Source: an uncultured Actinomycetota bacterium (GTDB taxonomy: Bacteria > Actinomycetota > Actinomycetes > Streptosporangiales > Streptosporangiaceae). From it: a stretch of DNA of 64,000 bases. The notes under the pieces were generated by a model. It had not been told where the DNA came from. It did not search any database and worked only from the letters and a program-made list of their open reading frames with translations. The stretch lies in the NCBI GenBank assembly GCA_963808615.1, contig CAWEGV010000002.1, forward strand, positions 55,386-119,385, read 5' to 3'. Position numbers and translations under genes: made by a program. Positions 37,602 through 47,234 of this stretch are shown piece after piece. How positions within the stretch are numbered: position 1 is the first letter of the stretch; each line of letters opens with the position of its first letter.

Positions 37602-38378
37602 TTACGTCGCGGAGAAGCCGCCGTCCACGTAGATCGTCTGCCCGGTGACGTAGTCGCTCGCTCGCGACGCGAGGAATACCGCTACCCCGGCGAAGTCCGC
37701 GGGCTGGCCGTTGCGGCCCACCATGGTCCGCGCCGCCAGGGCCGCCATCCGCTCCGGATCGGCGGCCACGGCCGCGTTGAGCCGCGTCGCGACGAACCCG
37801 GGGCACACCGAGTTGCAGCACACGCCGCGGGCCGCCCACGCCTCGGACTGCGACCGGGTCAGCGCGGCCAGGCCGCCCTTACTCGCCCCGTACGCTCCGC
37901 TGTTGCCGAACGCCCGCTGGGCCTGCTGCGAGGTCACGTTGACGATCCGGCCCCAGCCGCATTCGGCCATCACGGGCCCGAACCGCTGGCCGAGCAGGAA
38001 CGGCGCGGTCAGGTTGACCGCCATGGTCAGGTCCCAGTCCTGCTCGCTCAGCGAGGCGAGCGGCGGCCGCAGGTTGACGCCCGCGCAGTTGACCAGGATG
38101 TCCGGCGGCCCGAACACCCCGGCCGCCTGCGACGCGGCCCGCTCAACCTCGGCCCGCGAGGCCAGGTCCGCGCTGACCCAGCCCGCCTGGCCACCCGCCG
38201 CCTTTATCTCGTCCGCCGCCGAGCCGAGCCGGGAGGCGTCCCGCGCCACCAGCACCACCTGGGCCCCGGCCCGGGCCAGCGCCATCGCCATCTCCGCGCC
38301 GATGCCCGAACTCCCGCCGGTGACCACAGCCACCCGGCCGGCCAGCGAGAACAGCTCCTCGAGATAACCCACGCTCAC
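37602..38378 (-). CDS. SDR family oxidoreductase (gluconate 5-dehydrogenase-like)
   Basis: LAGRVAVVTGGSSGIGAEMA (TGxxxGIG), NCAGV, and the Y..K active site in GAYGASKGG. The GTG start at 38378 is proposed; the ORF-track start at 38456 runs into the repeat. Confidence 0.85.
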   Translation of the reverse strand: MSVGYLEELFSLAGRVAVVTGGSSGIGAEMAMALARAGAQVVLVARDASRLGSAADEIKAAGGQAGWVSADLASRAEVERAASQAAGVFGPPDILVNCAGVNLRPPLASLSEQDWDLTMAVNLTAPFLLGQRFGPVMAECGWGRIVNVTSQQAQRAFGNSGAYGASKGGLAALTRSQSEAWAARGVCCNSVCPGFVATRLNAAVAADPERMAALAARTMVGRNGQPADFAGVAVFLASRASDYVTGQTIYVDGGFSAT

Positions 38379-38392
38379 AGTGTCTCTTTCAA

Positions 38393-38502
38393 TGTTCGCG
38401 TTATTCAGACTTACGTCGGGTCCTCGTCGGCCCTTGCGTTTACCGACCGCTCGCACGGCTCAAAGGGCCCGTGCTCGCTAGCCGGTTCTGAATAACGCTC
38501 AC
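38393..38502 (+). repeat. About 110-nt palindromic intergenic repeat, copy 2
   Basis: Collinear with 1078..1187. Terminal inverted repeats GCGTTATTC (38398-38406) and GAATAACGC (38490-38498). It fills the gap between the PfkB stop and the SDR start. Confidence 0.6.
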
Positions 38503-39401
38503 AGGACGGGACGGGCGCCGATCAGGCCGAGGGCGTGCGCGGCCAGCCGACCGCCGCTGGCCAGCGCCTCACCTGGCGGCTTCTTGTCCAGCCAGGGCGG
38601 GACGAAGCCGGCGATGAACGCGTCACCCGCCCCGGTGGAGTCCACGATCCGGTCCACCGGCACAGCGGGCGCCCGCACCGGCGGCCGCCCGTTGGCGTAG
38701 AACAGCGCCCCTTCCGTGCCGAGCTTGACCACCACGTGGGGGTACCAGGCGGTCAGCACCCGGGCCGCGGCTTCGGGGTCTTCCCGGCCGGTGAGCACCT
38801 TGGCCTGGGCGGCGTTGACGAACAGCAGCACCGCTCCGGTGGACAGCTCAAGGAACGGTTCCGCGCCGGTCCGCTCCAGCGGCGCGGCGGAGGCTGCGTC
38901 GACCGAGGCCGTCATGCCCGCCCGCCGCGAGTAATCGATCGCGGCCAGCCCGGCCGCCCGCGATCCCTCCGACAGCAGCGTGTACCCGGAGACGTGCAGG
39001 TGGGCGCCGGGCAGGAACAGGTCGTGCGGCAGGTCGTCGGGCGACAGGGCCGCGTTCGCGCCCGGATCGGACAGCATGGTCCGCTCGCCCTTGTGGGTGA
39101 CCATCACCACGCAGGTGCCGGTGGGCCGCTCCGGGTCCATCACCAGCCGGGCGTCCACGCCGTAGCCCATCAGCTCCATGTCGCGGTTCCGCCCGGCGAT
39201 GTCCGCGCCCCGCCGCCCGATAAAGGCCACGTCACCGCCGTCGGCCGCCATCCACGCTGCGATGTTGGCCCCGGAACCGCCGCCGTGCATCGTCACGCTG
39301 GCGGGCGTGTCGCTGCCCCGGGCGAGCGGGAGCATAGCGTGGGCGACCGTGTCCGTCATCAGGTCGCCAATGACTACCACCCGCGCCATACCGGTCCTCA
39401 T
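38499..39401 (-). CDS. PfkB family carbohydrate/nucleoside kinase
   Basis: VVVIGDLMTD, GGSGANIAAW and the C-terminal DSTGAGDAFIAGF motif. An alternative ATG is at 39389. Confidence 0.85.
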   Translation of the reverse strand: MRTGMARVVVIGDLMTDTVAHAMLPLARGSDTPASVTMHGGGSGANIAAWMAADGGDVAFIGRRGADIAGRNRDMELMGYGVDARLVMDPERPTGTCVVMVTHKGERTMLSDPGANAALSPDDLPHDLFLPGAHLHVSGYTLLSEGSRAAGLAAIDYSRRAGMTASVDAASAAPLERTGAEPFLELSTGAVLLFVNAAQAKVLTGREDPEAAARVLTAWYPHVVVKLGTEGALFYANGRPPVRAPAVPVDRIVDSTGAGDAFIAGFVPPWLDKKPPGEALASGGRLAAHALGLIGARPVL

Positions 39402-39604
39402 CTCGCTGTGCTAGCCCGGGAGTCGCCCCCGGGTTCCCGCGAGGGGCCCGTCCCCCTCGGATGAGCCACCAGCAGCGGGACAATCTACGGTAACCGCCGG
39501 CAGCCGTTACTGACCAGCGCGCGGCGCTTACAGTGCGCCGGATGAGCGCGGATTGTGGCGGGAACGCCCGATTGTCACCCGACTGTTATACGGCCGCGCC
39601 GTCC

Positions 39605-40885
39605 TCAGGCCAGCGGGAAGATCCGCCCGGCGACGACCAGTTCGGTCTCTTCGGACTCGGCGGCCAGCAACTGGTTGAGCTGCCCCAGCTCGTCACGGAA
39701 CAGCCGCCCGGCGGGCGTAGCCGGCACCACGCCCAGGCCGGCCTCGTCGCTGACCGCGACCACGTAGGCCTGCGTCTGCCGCCAGGCGGCGACCAGCCCG
39801 GCGATCCTGGCCGCCACCCGCGCGGCCGGCTCAGCGGACCCGTCCCAGCCGCCGCATTCGTCCAGGACCGAGGCCAGCCAGGTGCCGATCCCGTCGATCA
39901 GCAGCGTCGCGTTCGCGCCCCGTGCCGAGTTCAGCACCCCAGCCAGGTCGGTGGTCTCCGCCGTCCGCCACCAGGCAGGCCGCCGCGCCCGGTGCGCCGC
40001 CACCCGCGCCGCCCACTCCGGATCCGCCGGGTCCCCGAGACCCGCCCGGGTCCCCGCCGGGCCGCCTCCGCCCGGGTCCCCGCCGGCCGGCCCTGTCGCC
40101 ACGTAGGTCACGTCCGGCTCACCCGCCAGCCGCAACTCCGCCCGTTCCGATTTACCCGAACGAGCCCCGCCGAGCATCAGTACCCGCCAGGGCAGCCGCC
40201 GCATGGTTCCAGCGAGGTCTTTTTCACCCCTTTTATCCGAACGGTCCGTGGTGACCGTGTCCCCGTCACCCGGCACCGCCGCCCGCCAGAACCCGCAGCG
40301 CCGCCAGAGCTCCGGCTCGGACGGCACGCGGTGATCGGCGAACGCCACCATGGTGATCGTGTCCGCGGTGACCAGCCCCCGCGCCCGGAGCAAGCCAAGC
40401 TGTGTCGGCTCACCCAGCAGGTCAAGAAACGCGATGTCGTACGGTCCGGCGTCCCCGTCCGGCTCCGGTACCGCCCCGGGACGCCGCGGGTACAGCAGCC
40501 TCCCCCCGTCCGGCGCCGTCACGTCCCATCCGCCGGTCCGCCCTGGGTCCCGCGCGTCCGCCAGCCGCCGTACCAGGTATCCCTCGGGGATCTGCTCGTC
40601 TCGCGCGCCGCCACCCCTAGCGTCGCCACCTCCCGTGTCGCTGCCCCGAGCGCCGCCGCCTCCCGCGCTGCCCCGAGCGCCGCCGCCTCCCGCGCTGCCC
40701 CGAGCGCCGCCGCCTCCCGCGCTGCCCCGAGCGCCGCCAACCCCAAGCGGCACGACAGCATCGACGACTATGGTCGACCGCTTTCGCAGGCTCCCGTCCA
40801 TGACCTGATGCAGGCAAGAGGCGCACCGGCAGCCCGGCTCGGGCCAGCCGGAGGCCCCGCCCGAGCCCTCGACCAGGACCCGCAT
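39605..40885 (-). CDS. cobU: Bifunctional adenosylcobinamide kinase / adenosylcobinamide-phosphate guanylyltransferase (CobU/CobP) with N-terminal extra domain
   Basis: The C-terminal half has VLMLGGARSGKSERAE (P-loop)...LLIDGIGTWL...VSDEAGLGVVPATPAGRLFRDELG. The N-terminal 230 aa or so (MRVLVEGSGGASGWPEPGCRCASC...) form a fused domain. The ATG overlaps the upstream stop (TGATG). Confidence 0.8.
   Translation of the reverse strand: MRVLVEGSGGASGWPEPGCRCASCLHQVMDGSLRKRSTIVVDAVVPLGVGGARGSAGGGGARGSAGGGGARGSAGGGGARGSDTGGGDARGGGARDEQIPEGYLVRRLADARDPGRTGGWDVTAPDGGRLLYPRRPGAVPEPDGDAGPYDIAFLDLLGEPTQLGLLRARGLVTADTITMVAFADHRVPSEPELWRRCGFWRAAVPGDGDTVTTDRSDKRGEKDLAGTMRRLPWRVLMLGGARSGKSERAELRLAGEPDVTYVATGPAGGDPGGGGPAGTRAGLGDPADPEWAARVAAHRARRPAWWRTAETTDLAGVLNSARGANATLLIDGIGTWLASVLDECGGWDGSAEPAARVAARIAGLVAAWRQTQAYVVAVSDEAGLGVVPATPAGRLFRDELGQLNQLLAAESEETELVVAGRIFPLA
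40621..40740. repeat. 27-nt tandem repeat (about 4 units) inside cobU
   Basis: CGCCGCCGCCTCCCGCGCTGCCCCGAG at 40651, 40678 and 40705, plus a 30-nt variant at 40621. On the gene strand it encodes GGARGSAGG repeats. Confidence 0.85.
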
Positions 40886-41307
40886 CAGCCGAGGAAAGAC
40901 AGCCGGACCTGGCGATCCGGGTTGTCCACGTTGAGGTCGAGGAGCGCTACCGACTGCCAGGTGCCCAGGGCCAGGCGGCCGGCGATCACCGGGATGGTCG
41001 CGTACGGCGGCACGAAGGCGGGCATGACGTGTGACCGGCCGTGGCCGCGGGATCCGTGCGCGTGCCGCCAATGGTCGTCGGCGGGCAATAGTTCGGCCAG
41101 GGTGGCCAGCAGGTCACCGTCGCTGCCCGCGCCGAGTTCCATCAGCGCGACACCCGCGGTCGCGTGCGGCACGAACACGTGCAGCAGCCCGTCGCCGCCG
41201 GCCGCCGCCTCGGACGCGAACGCCGCGCATTCGCGGGTGATATCCCGGACCGTCTCACGCCCGCCGGTATGTACCTCGATGATCCTCGTCTTCATGAGCC
41301 GGATCAT
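40885..41307 (-). CDS. YjbQ/UPF0047 family (secondary thiamine-phosphate synthase-like) protein
   Basis: ITRECAAFASE..GLLHVFVPHATAGVALMELG...DDHWRHAHGSRGHGRSHVMPAF...LALGTWQSVALLDLN. An alternative ATG is at 41295. Confidence 0.8.
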   Translation of the reverse strand: MIRLMKTRIIEVHTGGRETVRDITRECAAFASEAAAGGDGLLHVFVPHATAGVALMELGAGSDGDLLATLAELLPADDHWRHAHGSRGHGRSHVMPAFVPPYATIPVIAGRLALGTWQSVALLDLNVDNPDRQVRLSFLG

Positions 41308-41319
41308 AGAGTGTCAGGC

Positions 41320-42456
41320 ATGACAGAAGTCCCCTCGACGGCGGGGACCCGGCTGCGGCTGGCCCGCCAGGCCCGCGGCCTGTCCCAGCAGCAGCTGGCC
41401 GGGATGGCCGCGGTGACCCGGCAGGCCGTATCCGCCGTCGAGTCCGGCCATTCAGATCCGTCGCTCCGGGTCGCGCTGGCGCTGGCCAGCGCGCTCGGCA
41501 TGACCGTGGAGGACCTGTTCGGCCCCGGCGGCCCTGCCGATCCGGTGCTCGCGCAGCCGGTGGCCGCGCTGGGCGGCGCGGGCTCCCGGGTCACGCTCGC
41601 CACCATCGGCGACACGTTCGTCGCGCTGCCGCTGCACGCCGACACCGCAGCCCGGGTCGGCTTCGGCCCGGCCGGCGGCCTGGTCGCCGGCCCGCAGGCG
41701 GAAGGCGTGGTCGCTGGCCCGCCGCCCCGAGGGGGCCCCGAAGCCTCGGCCCCGGGCCCGGTCCCGGTGCGGCCCATCGGGCCGCCCCGGCCCACGCTCA
41801 TCGTGGCGGGCTGTGACCCGGCGCTGCCGCTGCTTGAGACTCCGCTGGCCCTGCTCGACCCGCCGGTGGGATTCGCGTGGTGGCCGTGCGGGAACGGCGA
41901 GGCGCTGCGCCTGGCCGCGGCCGGGCTGGTGCACGCCGCGGGGATACATCAGTCAGGCCAGCCCGGTGACGCGATCGACATACCCGGCGGCGCCGGGGTG
42001 GTCGGGTTCACATCCTGGCGCGAGGGCCTGGTGATCCGGCACCCGGCCCAGGTCACCGGGCTCGGCGACGTGGCCAGGGCAGGCCTGCGGCTGGTGAACC
42101 GCGAACCCGGCGCCCAGGCGCGCGCGCTGCTCGACCGGGAGCGCCTGCGCCTGCGTCTGGACCCGGCCGAACTGCCCGGCTACGGCACCCAGGCCGCTGG
42201 CCACCTACAGGTCGCGGCGGCTGTCGCGGGCCGTCTGGCCGACGCAGGGGTGTCGAGCGAGCCGGCCGCGCTGACCTACGGACTGGGCTTCATCCCGCTC
42301 GCCGAGGAGCGGTTCGACCTGGTTCTGCCCGCCAAGCACGCCGCGTCCCGGGAAGTCCAGGGCCTGCTGAAGGTGCTCACGTCGCCGTGGCTGCTGGCCC
42401 AGCTGGCCAGTCTGCCCGGCTACGACCCGGCCAGCTGCGGCGAGCGGTTTGAATAA
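41320..42456 (+). CDS. XRE-family HTH regulator fused to a periplasmic-binding-protein-like domain
   Basis: LRLARQARGLSQQQLAGMAAVTRQAVSAVESGHSDPSLRVALALASALGMTVEDLF, followed by a roughly 280-aa PBP-like domain. The ATG lies inside the palindrome TGTCAGGCATGACA (41312-41325). Confidence 0.75.
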   Translation: MTEVPSTAGTRLRLARQARGLSQQQLAGMAAVTRQAVSAVESGHSDPSLRVALALASALGMTVEDLFGPGGPADPVLAQPVAALGGAGSRVTLATIGDTFVALPLHADTAARVGFGPAGGLVAGPQAEGVVAGPPPRGGPEASAPGPVPVRPIGPPRPTLIVAGCDPALPLLETPLALLDPPVGFAWWPCGNGEALRLAAAGLVHAAGIHQSGQPGDAIDIPGGAGVVGFTSWREGLVIRHPAQVTGLGDVARAGLRLVNREPGAQARALLDRERLRLRLDPAELPGYGTQAAGHLQVAAAVAGRLADAGVSSEPAALTYGLGFIPLAEERFDLVLPAKHAASREVQGLLKVLTSPWLLAQLASLPGYDPASCGERFE

Positions 42457-42465
42457 CCAGCGTGA

Positions 42466-43017
42466 TCAGTAGCCGTAAACGGGGACCATCACGGCGCGGG
42501 CAATGGTGTGGAAGCGAAGGTTGAAGCCTGCCACGGCAGGTGAGATCTCGTCGTTGACATCCAGCGATTCCACGTCGAGCGCATGCACGGCGAATACGTA
42601 CCGGTGCGGCGGATCCCCCTCCGGCGGCGCTGCCCCGCCGAAATCCTTGGCCATGTAGTCATTGCGGACGTGGAAGGCGCCCTTGGGCAGCCCGCTGCCG
42701 TCGGTCCCGGCCGCGTTCGTCTCGAGTTCGGTCACCGACACAGGGATGCCCAGCACGACCCAGTGCCAGAAGCCGGAGCCGGTCGGCGCGTCCGCGTCGT
42801 AGCAGGTGACCGCGAAGCTCTTGGTCTCTGCGGGGAAGCCGGACCACTGCAGCGAAGGGGAGATGTTCCCGCCGGTCATGCCCCACCCGTCGAAGACCTG
42901 GTTCTCTCCCATCATCTCGCCGTCGGCGACGTCATCGCTGCGCAGGTTGAATGACGGCACGGGCGGCATGAAGTCATAGGGAAGCGGCGGACGGTCGGTC
43001 ATGACATACCTCCTCAT
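42466..43017 (-). CDS. YbhB/YbcL family Raf kinase inhibitor-like (PEBP) protein
   Basis: NISPSLQWSGFPAETKSFAVTCYDADAPTGSGFWHWVV...PPHRYVFAVHALD. The likely start is MTDRPP at 43002. Confidence 0.85.
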   Translation of the reverse strand: MRRYVMTDRPPLPYDFMPPVPSFNLRSDDVADGEMMGENQVFDGWGMTGGNISPSLQWSGFPAETKSFAVTCYDADAPTGSGFWHWVVLGIPVSVTELETNAAGTDGSGLPKGAFHVRNDYMAKDFGGAAPPEGDPPHRYVFAVHALDVESLDVNDEISPAVAGFNLRFHTIARAVMVPVYGY

Positions 43018-43136
43018 CGGGGGAATGATTCGGGCACATGCGGATGCGTCCTAACGTTATCGGTTAGCCTCGCAGCCCACCGGCTGCGGGCCGGAACGCG
43101 GCCTCCGGGGGCCCTGGTATCTCCTACGGTGGAGTC

Positions 43137-44747
43137 GTGGGGCAGCAGCCGGGACGCAAGGTCTCCAGCCGAGCGCGCCGCCGGGCCATGAACCGCTTCT
43201 TCGGCCGGGTCCGCCGCCGGGTCGCCCGCGGGTTCCTCGGCCGGATCCACCTGGGCACGGCGGGTCCCTCCCCGCGGCTGCGCCGCTGGGCGCTGGCCGC
43301 GGTTCTGCTCGGCGTGGCCCTGGTGCCCTACCCGTCATCCGGTGCGGTCAGCGGGGCACCGGTCTCCGCGTGCCGGTCCGGCTGCCGCCCCGGCTCAGTG
43401 CCGAGCATGATCAGGTGGATCCGGCCGCTGCCCGGGTCGTGGCAGGTGATCTCCGGGCTGGCCGGCACGGTGCCCGCGTCCGGCCTGGCCTACGTGTCGG
43501 TCGGCTACGGCGTGGCGGCCGTCGGCATCGGCCTGACCGTAAACGGCTACTCATCGAAGAACGGCGCCCCGCTGTGGAGCGATACGCTGACCGGCTTCCC
43601 GGCGGGCGCGGCCATCGTGTCGGTGCGCACCTGGCCCGGCGAGGTGACCGCGGGCGTCACCTACCCCCGCGCCGGGCACCTCAAGCGCGTCGAGGTGGTC
43701 ATCTCCGGCCCGGCCGGCATCCCGTCGGGCCGCTACCCGGCGGCGGTGTACGGCGGGGCGGTCGAGGGCAGTGCCCAGTCCACCGTCATCGTGGGCGCCA
43801 AGGCCGTGACCAGCTACGACAACGCCACGGGACACGTCCGCTGGACCGTGCCCACCGGCCAGGTGCCGCAGGCGTGGCGCGCCGACGATGGCACCCTCTA
43901 CGTGGCCCAGTCGACCGGCGGGTTCCTCGGGTCCGCTCCGGTCACCGCGCTGCTCAAGGTCGACATGGCCACCGGCGCGGAGATCACGGTCCGGCCGCTC
44001 GAAGGCCTCTCATACGCCGGCACGCTCAGCGCCGCCTTCGACGGCATGGTCCTGTTCTCCTCCGCGGACGGGGTGACCGCGTACGACGGCACCACCGGAG
44101 CCTCGCTCTGGTCCGTCCGCGGGGCGGTGCCCGAAGGCACCGACCCGCGCAAAGACCGGATCTACCTGACCGCAGGCTCGAACCTCATCGCGGTGAACCC
44201 GGCAACCGGCCGCGTCACCGCGACCGCCTCCGGTTCCGCGGTTGACGCCTCGGCGGGCACGTACGTGGTCAGGGACGGGGTGGTCCTCGGGCTCGACCAG
44301 GGCGCGGGCGGGGACGCCTGGGGCTACAACCTCGGCGCGCAGCGGGTCACGCTGGCTGCGGCCGGGCTGCCCTGGCCGCACTATTTCATCGATCTCAGCG
44401 GCGTCGGCGGCAGCGCCGACCCGGTCAGCGACCTGGTGGTCATCGCGGCCTGCGCGCAGCTCGCGCCGGCCTCCCCGAGTTCCCCGGGCTCCCCGACCAC
44501 CTCGGGCTCCCCGACCACCTCGGGCTCCCCGACCACCTCGGGCTCCCCGACCACCTCGACCACCCCGACGCCAACCGCCTCCTCGGTCCCGTCGGGCCCA
44601 TCCGCCACCGTCGCGGCGACCCCGGCCGTCACCGAAACCGGGTCGCCGTCCAGATCCGCGTCCGTAAGCGACACCCCGAGCCCGGGCGCCATGGCCGCCG
44701 CGGGGCAGGGCTGCCTGCGCCCCGAACTGGTCGCGCTGAGCCTCTAG
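43137..44747 (+). CDS. PQQ-like beta-propeller repeat protein with N-terminal anchor and Ser/Thr/Pro-rich C-terminus
   Basis: TM segment WALAAVLLGVALV. Repeated G..LW/VYA..G.V.A.D..TG propeller-like motifs. A C-terminal SPTTSG x4 linker. Confidence 0.65.
   Translation: MGQQPGRKVSSRARRRAMNRFFGRVRRRVARGFLGRIHLGTAGPSPRLRRWALAAVLLGVALVPYPSSGAVSGAPVSACRSGCRPGSVPSMIRWIRPLPGSWQVISGLAGTVPASGLAYVSVGYGVAAVGIGLTVNGYSSKNGAPLWSDTLTGFPAGAAIVSVRTWPGEVTAGVTYPRAGHLKRVEVVISGPAGIPSGRYPAAVYGGAVEGSAQSTVIVGAKAVTSYDNATGHVRWTVPTGQVPQAWRADDGTLYVAQSTGGFLGSAPVTALLKVDMATGAEITVRPLEGLSYAGTLSAAFDGMVLFSSADGVTAYDGTTGASLWSVRGAVPEGTDPRKDRIYLTAGSNLIAVNPATGRVTATASGSAVDASAGTYVVRDGVVLGLDQGAGGDAWGYNLGAQRVTLAAAGLPWPHYFIDLSGVGGSADPVSDLVVIAACAQLAPASPSSPGSPTTSGSPTTSGSPTTSGSPTTSTTPTPTASSVPSGPSATVAATPAVTETGSPSRSASVSDTPSPGAMAAAGQGCLRPELVALSL
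44486..44557. repeat. 18-nt tandem repeat x4 (GGGCTCCCCGACCACCTC)
   Basis: Perfect units at 44486, 44504, 44522 and 44540, encoding GSPTTS repeats. Confidence 0.85.
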
Positions 44748-44790
44748 CGCCGGCCTTGAGCACGAACTAACTGGGTAGAGGATCTCCGCT

Positions 44791-45768
44791 ATGAACATGA
44801 TCAAGAGGCTCATCGCGGCCGTGGACGGCCTGCAGCAGCGGCATGCGTGGCTCGCCGTGCCGGTCGCGGTGTGGAAGAAGTTCGGCGACGATCAGGCCGG
44901 CAACCTAGCCTCGCTGATCGCCTACTCCGCCCTGGTCGGGATCTTCCCGCTGCTGCTCGTCCTGCTCACCGTGCTGGACAAGGTGGCCAAGTACAATCCC
45001 AGGCTGACCAGGACGGTGGAGTCCGCGCTGAAGGATTACCCGGCGATTGGCCCGTACGTCGAGCACATCGGGCGTCTGCATCAGACCGGGATCGCGCTGG
45101 TGGTCGGCCTGATCGGAACGTTCATCGGGGCGCTGGGGGTGGCGAATTCGCTGCAGAACGCGCTCAACACTGCCTGGGAGATCCCTTTCGACCGCCGCCC
45201 CGGGTTCCCGTGGTCGTGGCTGCGCAGCGCCGCCCTGATCGTCGTGGTCGGCACTGGGTTCATCGCCACCACGGTCCTGTCCGGGCTCGCGGCGGGCGCC
45301 GGGCACGTCTTGGCTGTGGCCGGTGAGTCCATACCGGCCATCGCGGTGTCGCTGCTGCTGAACTTCGGTTTCTTCTGGCTGGGCTTCCGGCTTGCCACCG
45401 CGAGTGAGATCACCTGGCGGCAGCTGTGGCTTGGCGCCGCCATCAGCGCGGTCATCTGGCAGGTCCTGCAGTTCATCGGCACCAGGTTCGTGGCCCATCA
45501 GATCGCCCACGCCTCGCCGCTGTACGGCACGTTCGCCCTCGTGCTCGGGCTCATCGCCTGGCTCTACCTGCAGGCCCAGCTGATGTTGTACGCGGTCGAG
45601 ATCAACGTGGTGCGGGCCTACCGGCTGTGGCCGCGGAGCCTGGTCCCGCCGCCGTACACGGAACAAGACCGCCATGCGTTCCGGCTATACGTAGAGCAAA
45701 GGCGGAAGCAGATGGAAATCGCAGCGGGGGCCGGAGGCGGGAACCATGGCGAGACGACATCAGGATGA
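44791..45768 (+). CDS. YihY/virulence factor BrkB family membrane protein
   Basis: GNLASLIAYSALVGIFPLLLVL... with six hydrophobic segments, and YGTFALVLGLIAWLYLQAQLMLYAVEINVV. Confidence 0.85.
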   Translation: MNMIKRLIAAVDGLQQRHAWLAVPVAVWKKFGDDQAGNLASLIAYSALVGIFPLLLVLLTVLDKVAKYNPRLTRTVESALKDYPAIGPYVEHIGRLHQTGIALVVGLIGTFIGALGVANSLQNALNTAWEIPFDRRPGFPWSWLRSAALIVVVGTGFIATTVLSGLAAGAGHVLAVAGESIPAIAVSLLLNFGFFWLGFRLATASEITWRQLWLGAAISAVIWQVLQFIGTRFVAHQIAHASPLYGTFALVLGLIAWLYLQAQLMLYAVEINVVRAYRLWPRSLVPPPYTEQDRHAFRLYVEQRRKQMEIAAGAGGGNHGETTSG

Positions 45769-47074
45769 TCCGGGCGCGCCGCACGTGGTGATCTGCGGCG
45801 CAGGATTCGGCGGCCTTTCCGCCGTTGACCGGCTCTCCCGCGCGGGAATGCGGGTGACCCTGGTCGACGACCACCTGTACAGCACCTTCCAGCCGCTGCT
45901 CTACCAGGTGGCCACCGCCGGGCTGAACCCCGGCGACGTCGCCTACCCGGCGGGCGGCTTCGCGCGGCGGCACGGGGCGGTCTTCCGGCGCGGCGAGCTG
46001 GCCGCGATCGACTTGGCCTCGCGCCGGGTCGAGCTCGGCAACGGCCTCGAGCTCGGCTACGACTACCTGATCCTGGCCACCGGGGTGTCGGCCTCGTACT
46101 ACGGCATCACGGGCGCGGCCGAGCACACCTTCGGGCTGTACACCCGCACCGACGCGATCGTGCTGCGCGATCACCTGATGGCCGGCTTCGAGCGGCTGAG
46201 CGTGGACGACGACGATCTGGCCATCACCGTGGTCGGCGGCGGGGCCACCGGTGTCGAGCTGGCGGGCACGCTTGCCGAGCTGCGCCGCACCGTGCTCCGC
46301 GCCACGTTCCCCGACGTCGACCCGTCCCGGGTGCACGTCCGGCTGGTCGAGATGGCGCCCGCGCTGCTCGGGCCGTTCCATCCCAGGTTGCGCGAGTACG
46401 CCCGGGTGCAGCTGGTCAAGCGCGGTGTCGATGTCAGGCTGGACACCCGCATTGCCGAGGTCACCGCCAGCCAGGTGCTGCTCGCCGACGGCGAGAAGCT
46501 GCCCAGCGGCATCACCGTGTGGGCGGCAGGGGTGGCCGCGCCCGCGGCCGTCGCGGGCTGGGGCCTGCCGCAGGGCAAGAACGGCCGTATCGTGGTCGGA
46601 GCCGACCTGCGGGTCCATGGCGAGGACCGGATCTTCGCCGTGGGTGATATCGCGGTCAACCCCGACGATCCCACCCCGCAGCTGGCCCAGCCCGCCCTGC
46701 AGATGGGCCGACACGCCGCCGCTCAGGTCGTCCGGCTGCAGCGCCAGCAGCCGACCAGGCCGTTCGCCTACCACGACAAGGGCCTGATGGCCACGATCGG
46801 GCGCCGGTCCGCCGTGGTCCAGCTGGCCGGCCGGCTGCGCTGGCTGCGGATGCGCGGCACGCTCGCCTGGCTGGCCTGGTTCGCCCTGCACCTGGTCTAC
46901 CTGCTCGGCGGGCGGAACCGCGTCTCGACGCTGGTTAACCTGACCTTCCGCTACGTCGCCTGGGGTCATGGCGGCGCGGTGATCGTGGGAGACGATCCCG
47001 GTGACTCCGCCAGGCTGCCTGGTCCGCGGGCCGAGATAGGCCGCGACAGGACGTCACTCTACGAAGGCCCGTAG
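45746..47074 (+). CDS. ndh: Type II NADH dehydrogenase (NDH-2), FAD/NAD(P)-binding
   Basis: HVVICGAGFGGLSAV (GxGxxG 1), FQPLLYQVATAGL, VVGGGATGVELAGTL (GxGxxG 2), FAVGDIA. Confidence 0.85.
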   Translation: MARRHQDDPGAPHVVICGAGFGGLSAVDRLSRAGMRVTLVDDHLYSTFQPLLYQVATAGLNPGDVAYPAGGFARRHGAVFRRGELAAIDLASRRVELGNGLELGYDYLILATGVSASYYGITGAAEHTFGLYTRTDAIVLRDHLMAGFERLSVDDDDLAITVVGGGATGVELAGTLAELRRTVLRATFPDVDPSRVHVRLVEMAPALLGPFHPRLREYARVQLVKRGVDVRLDTRIAEVTASQVLLADGEKLPSGITVWAAGVAAPAAVAGWGLPQGKNGRIVVGADLRVHGEDRIFAVGDIAVNPDDPTPQLAQPALQMGRHAAAQVVRLQRQQPTRPFAYHDKGLMATIGRRSAVVQLAGRLRWLRMRGTLAWLAWFALHLVYLLGGRNRVSTLVNLTFRYVAWGHGGAVIVGDDPGDSARLPGPRAEIGRDRTSLYEGP

Positions 47075-47234
47075 TAGATCACAGCAGGCCGTCTTGGCCA
47101 TGACGACCTTCCGCACCGGCCGGCCGCTGATCGCTGCGGCCGCGCTGACCGTCCTGGCCGGGATCGCGGGTCTGGCCGGATGCGGCTCGAGCGCCGCCCG
47201 CCCTCATCGTCGCCGTCAGGCACGCGCTCAAGCC

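Noticed and set aside
41312-41325. Palindrome TGTCAGGCATGACA at the yjbQ/XRE-regulator divergent junction, considered as an operator.
   Set aside because: It is a single short 5+5 inverted repeat overlapping the start codon, with no second copy. It is plausible but too weak to annotate as a regulatory feature.
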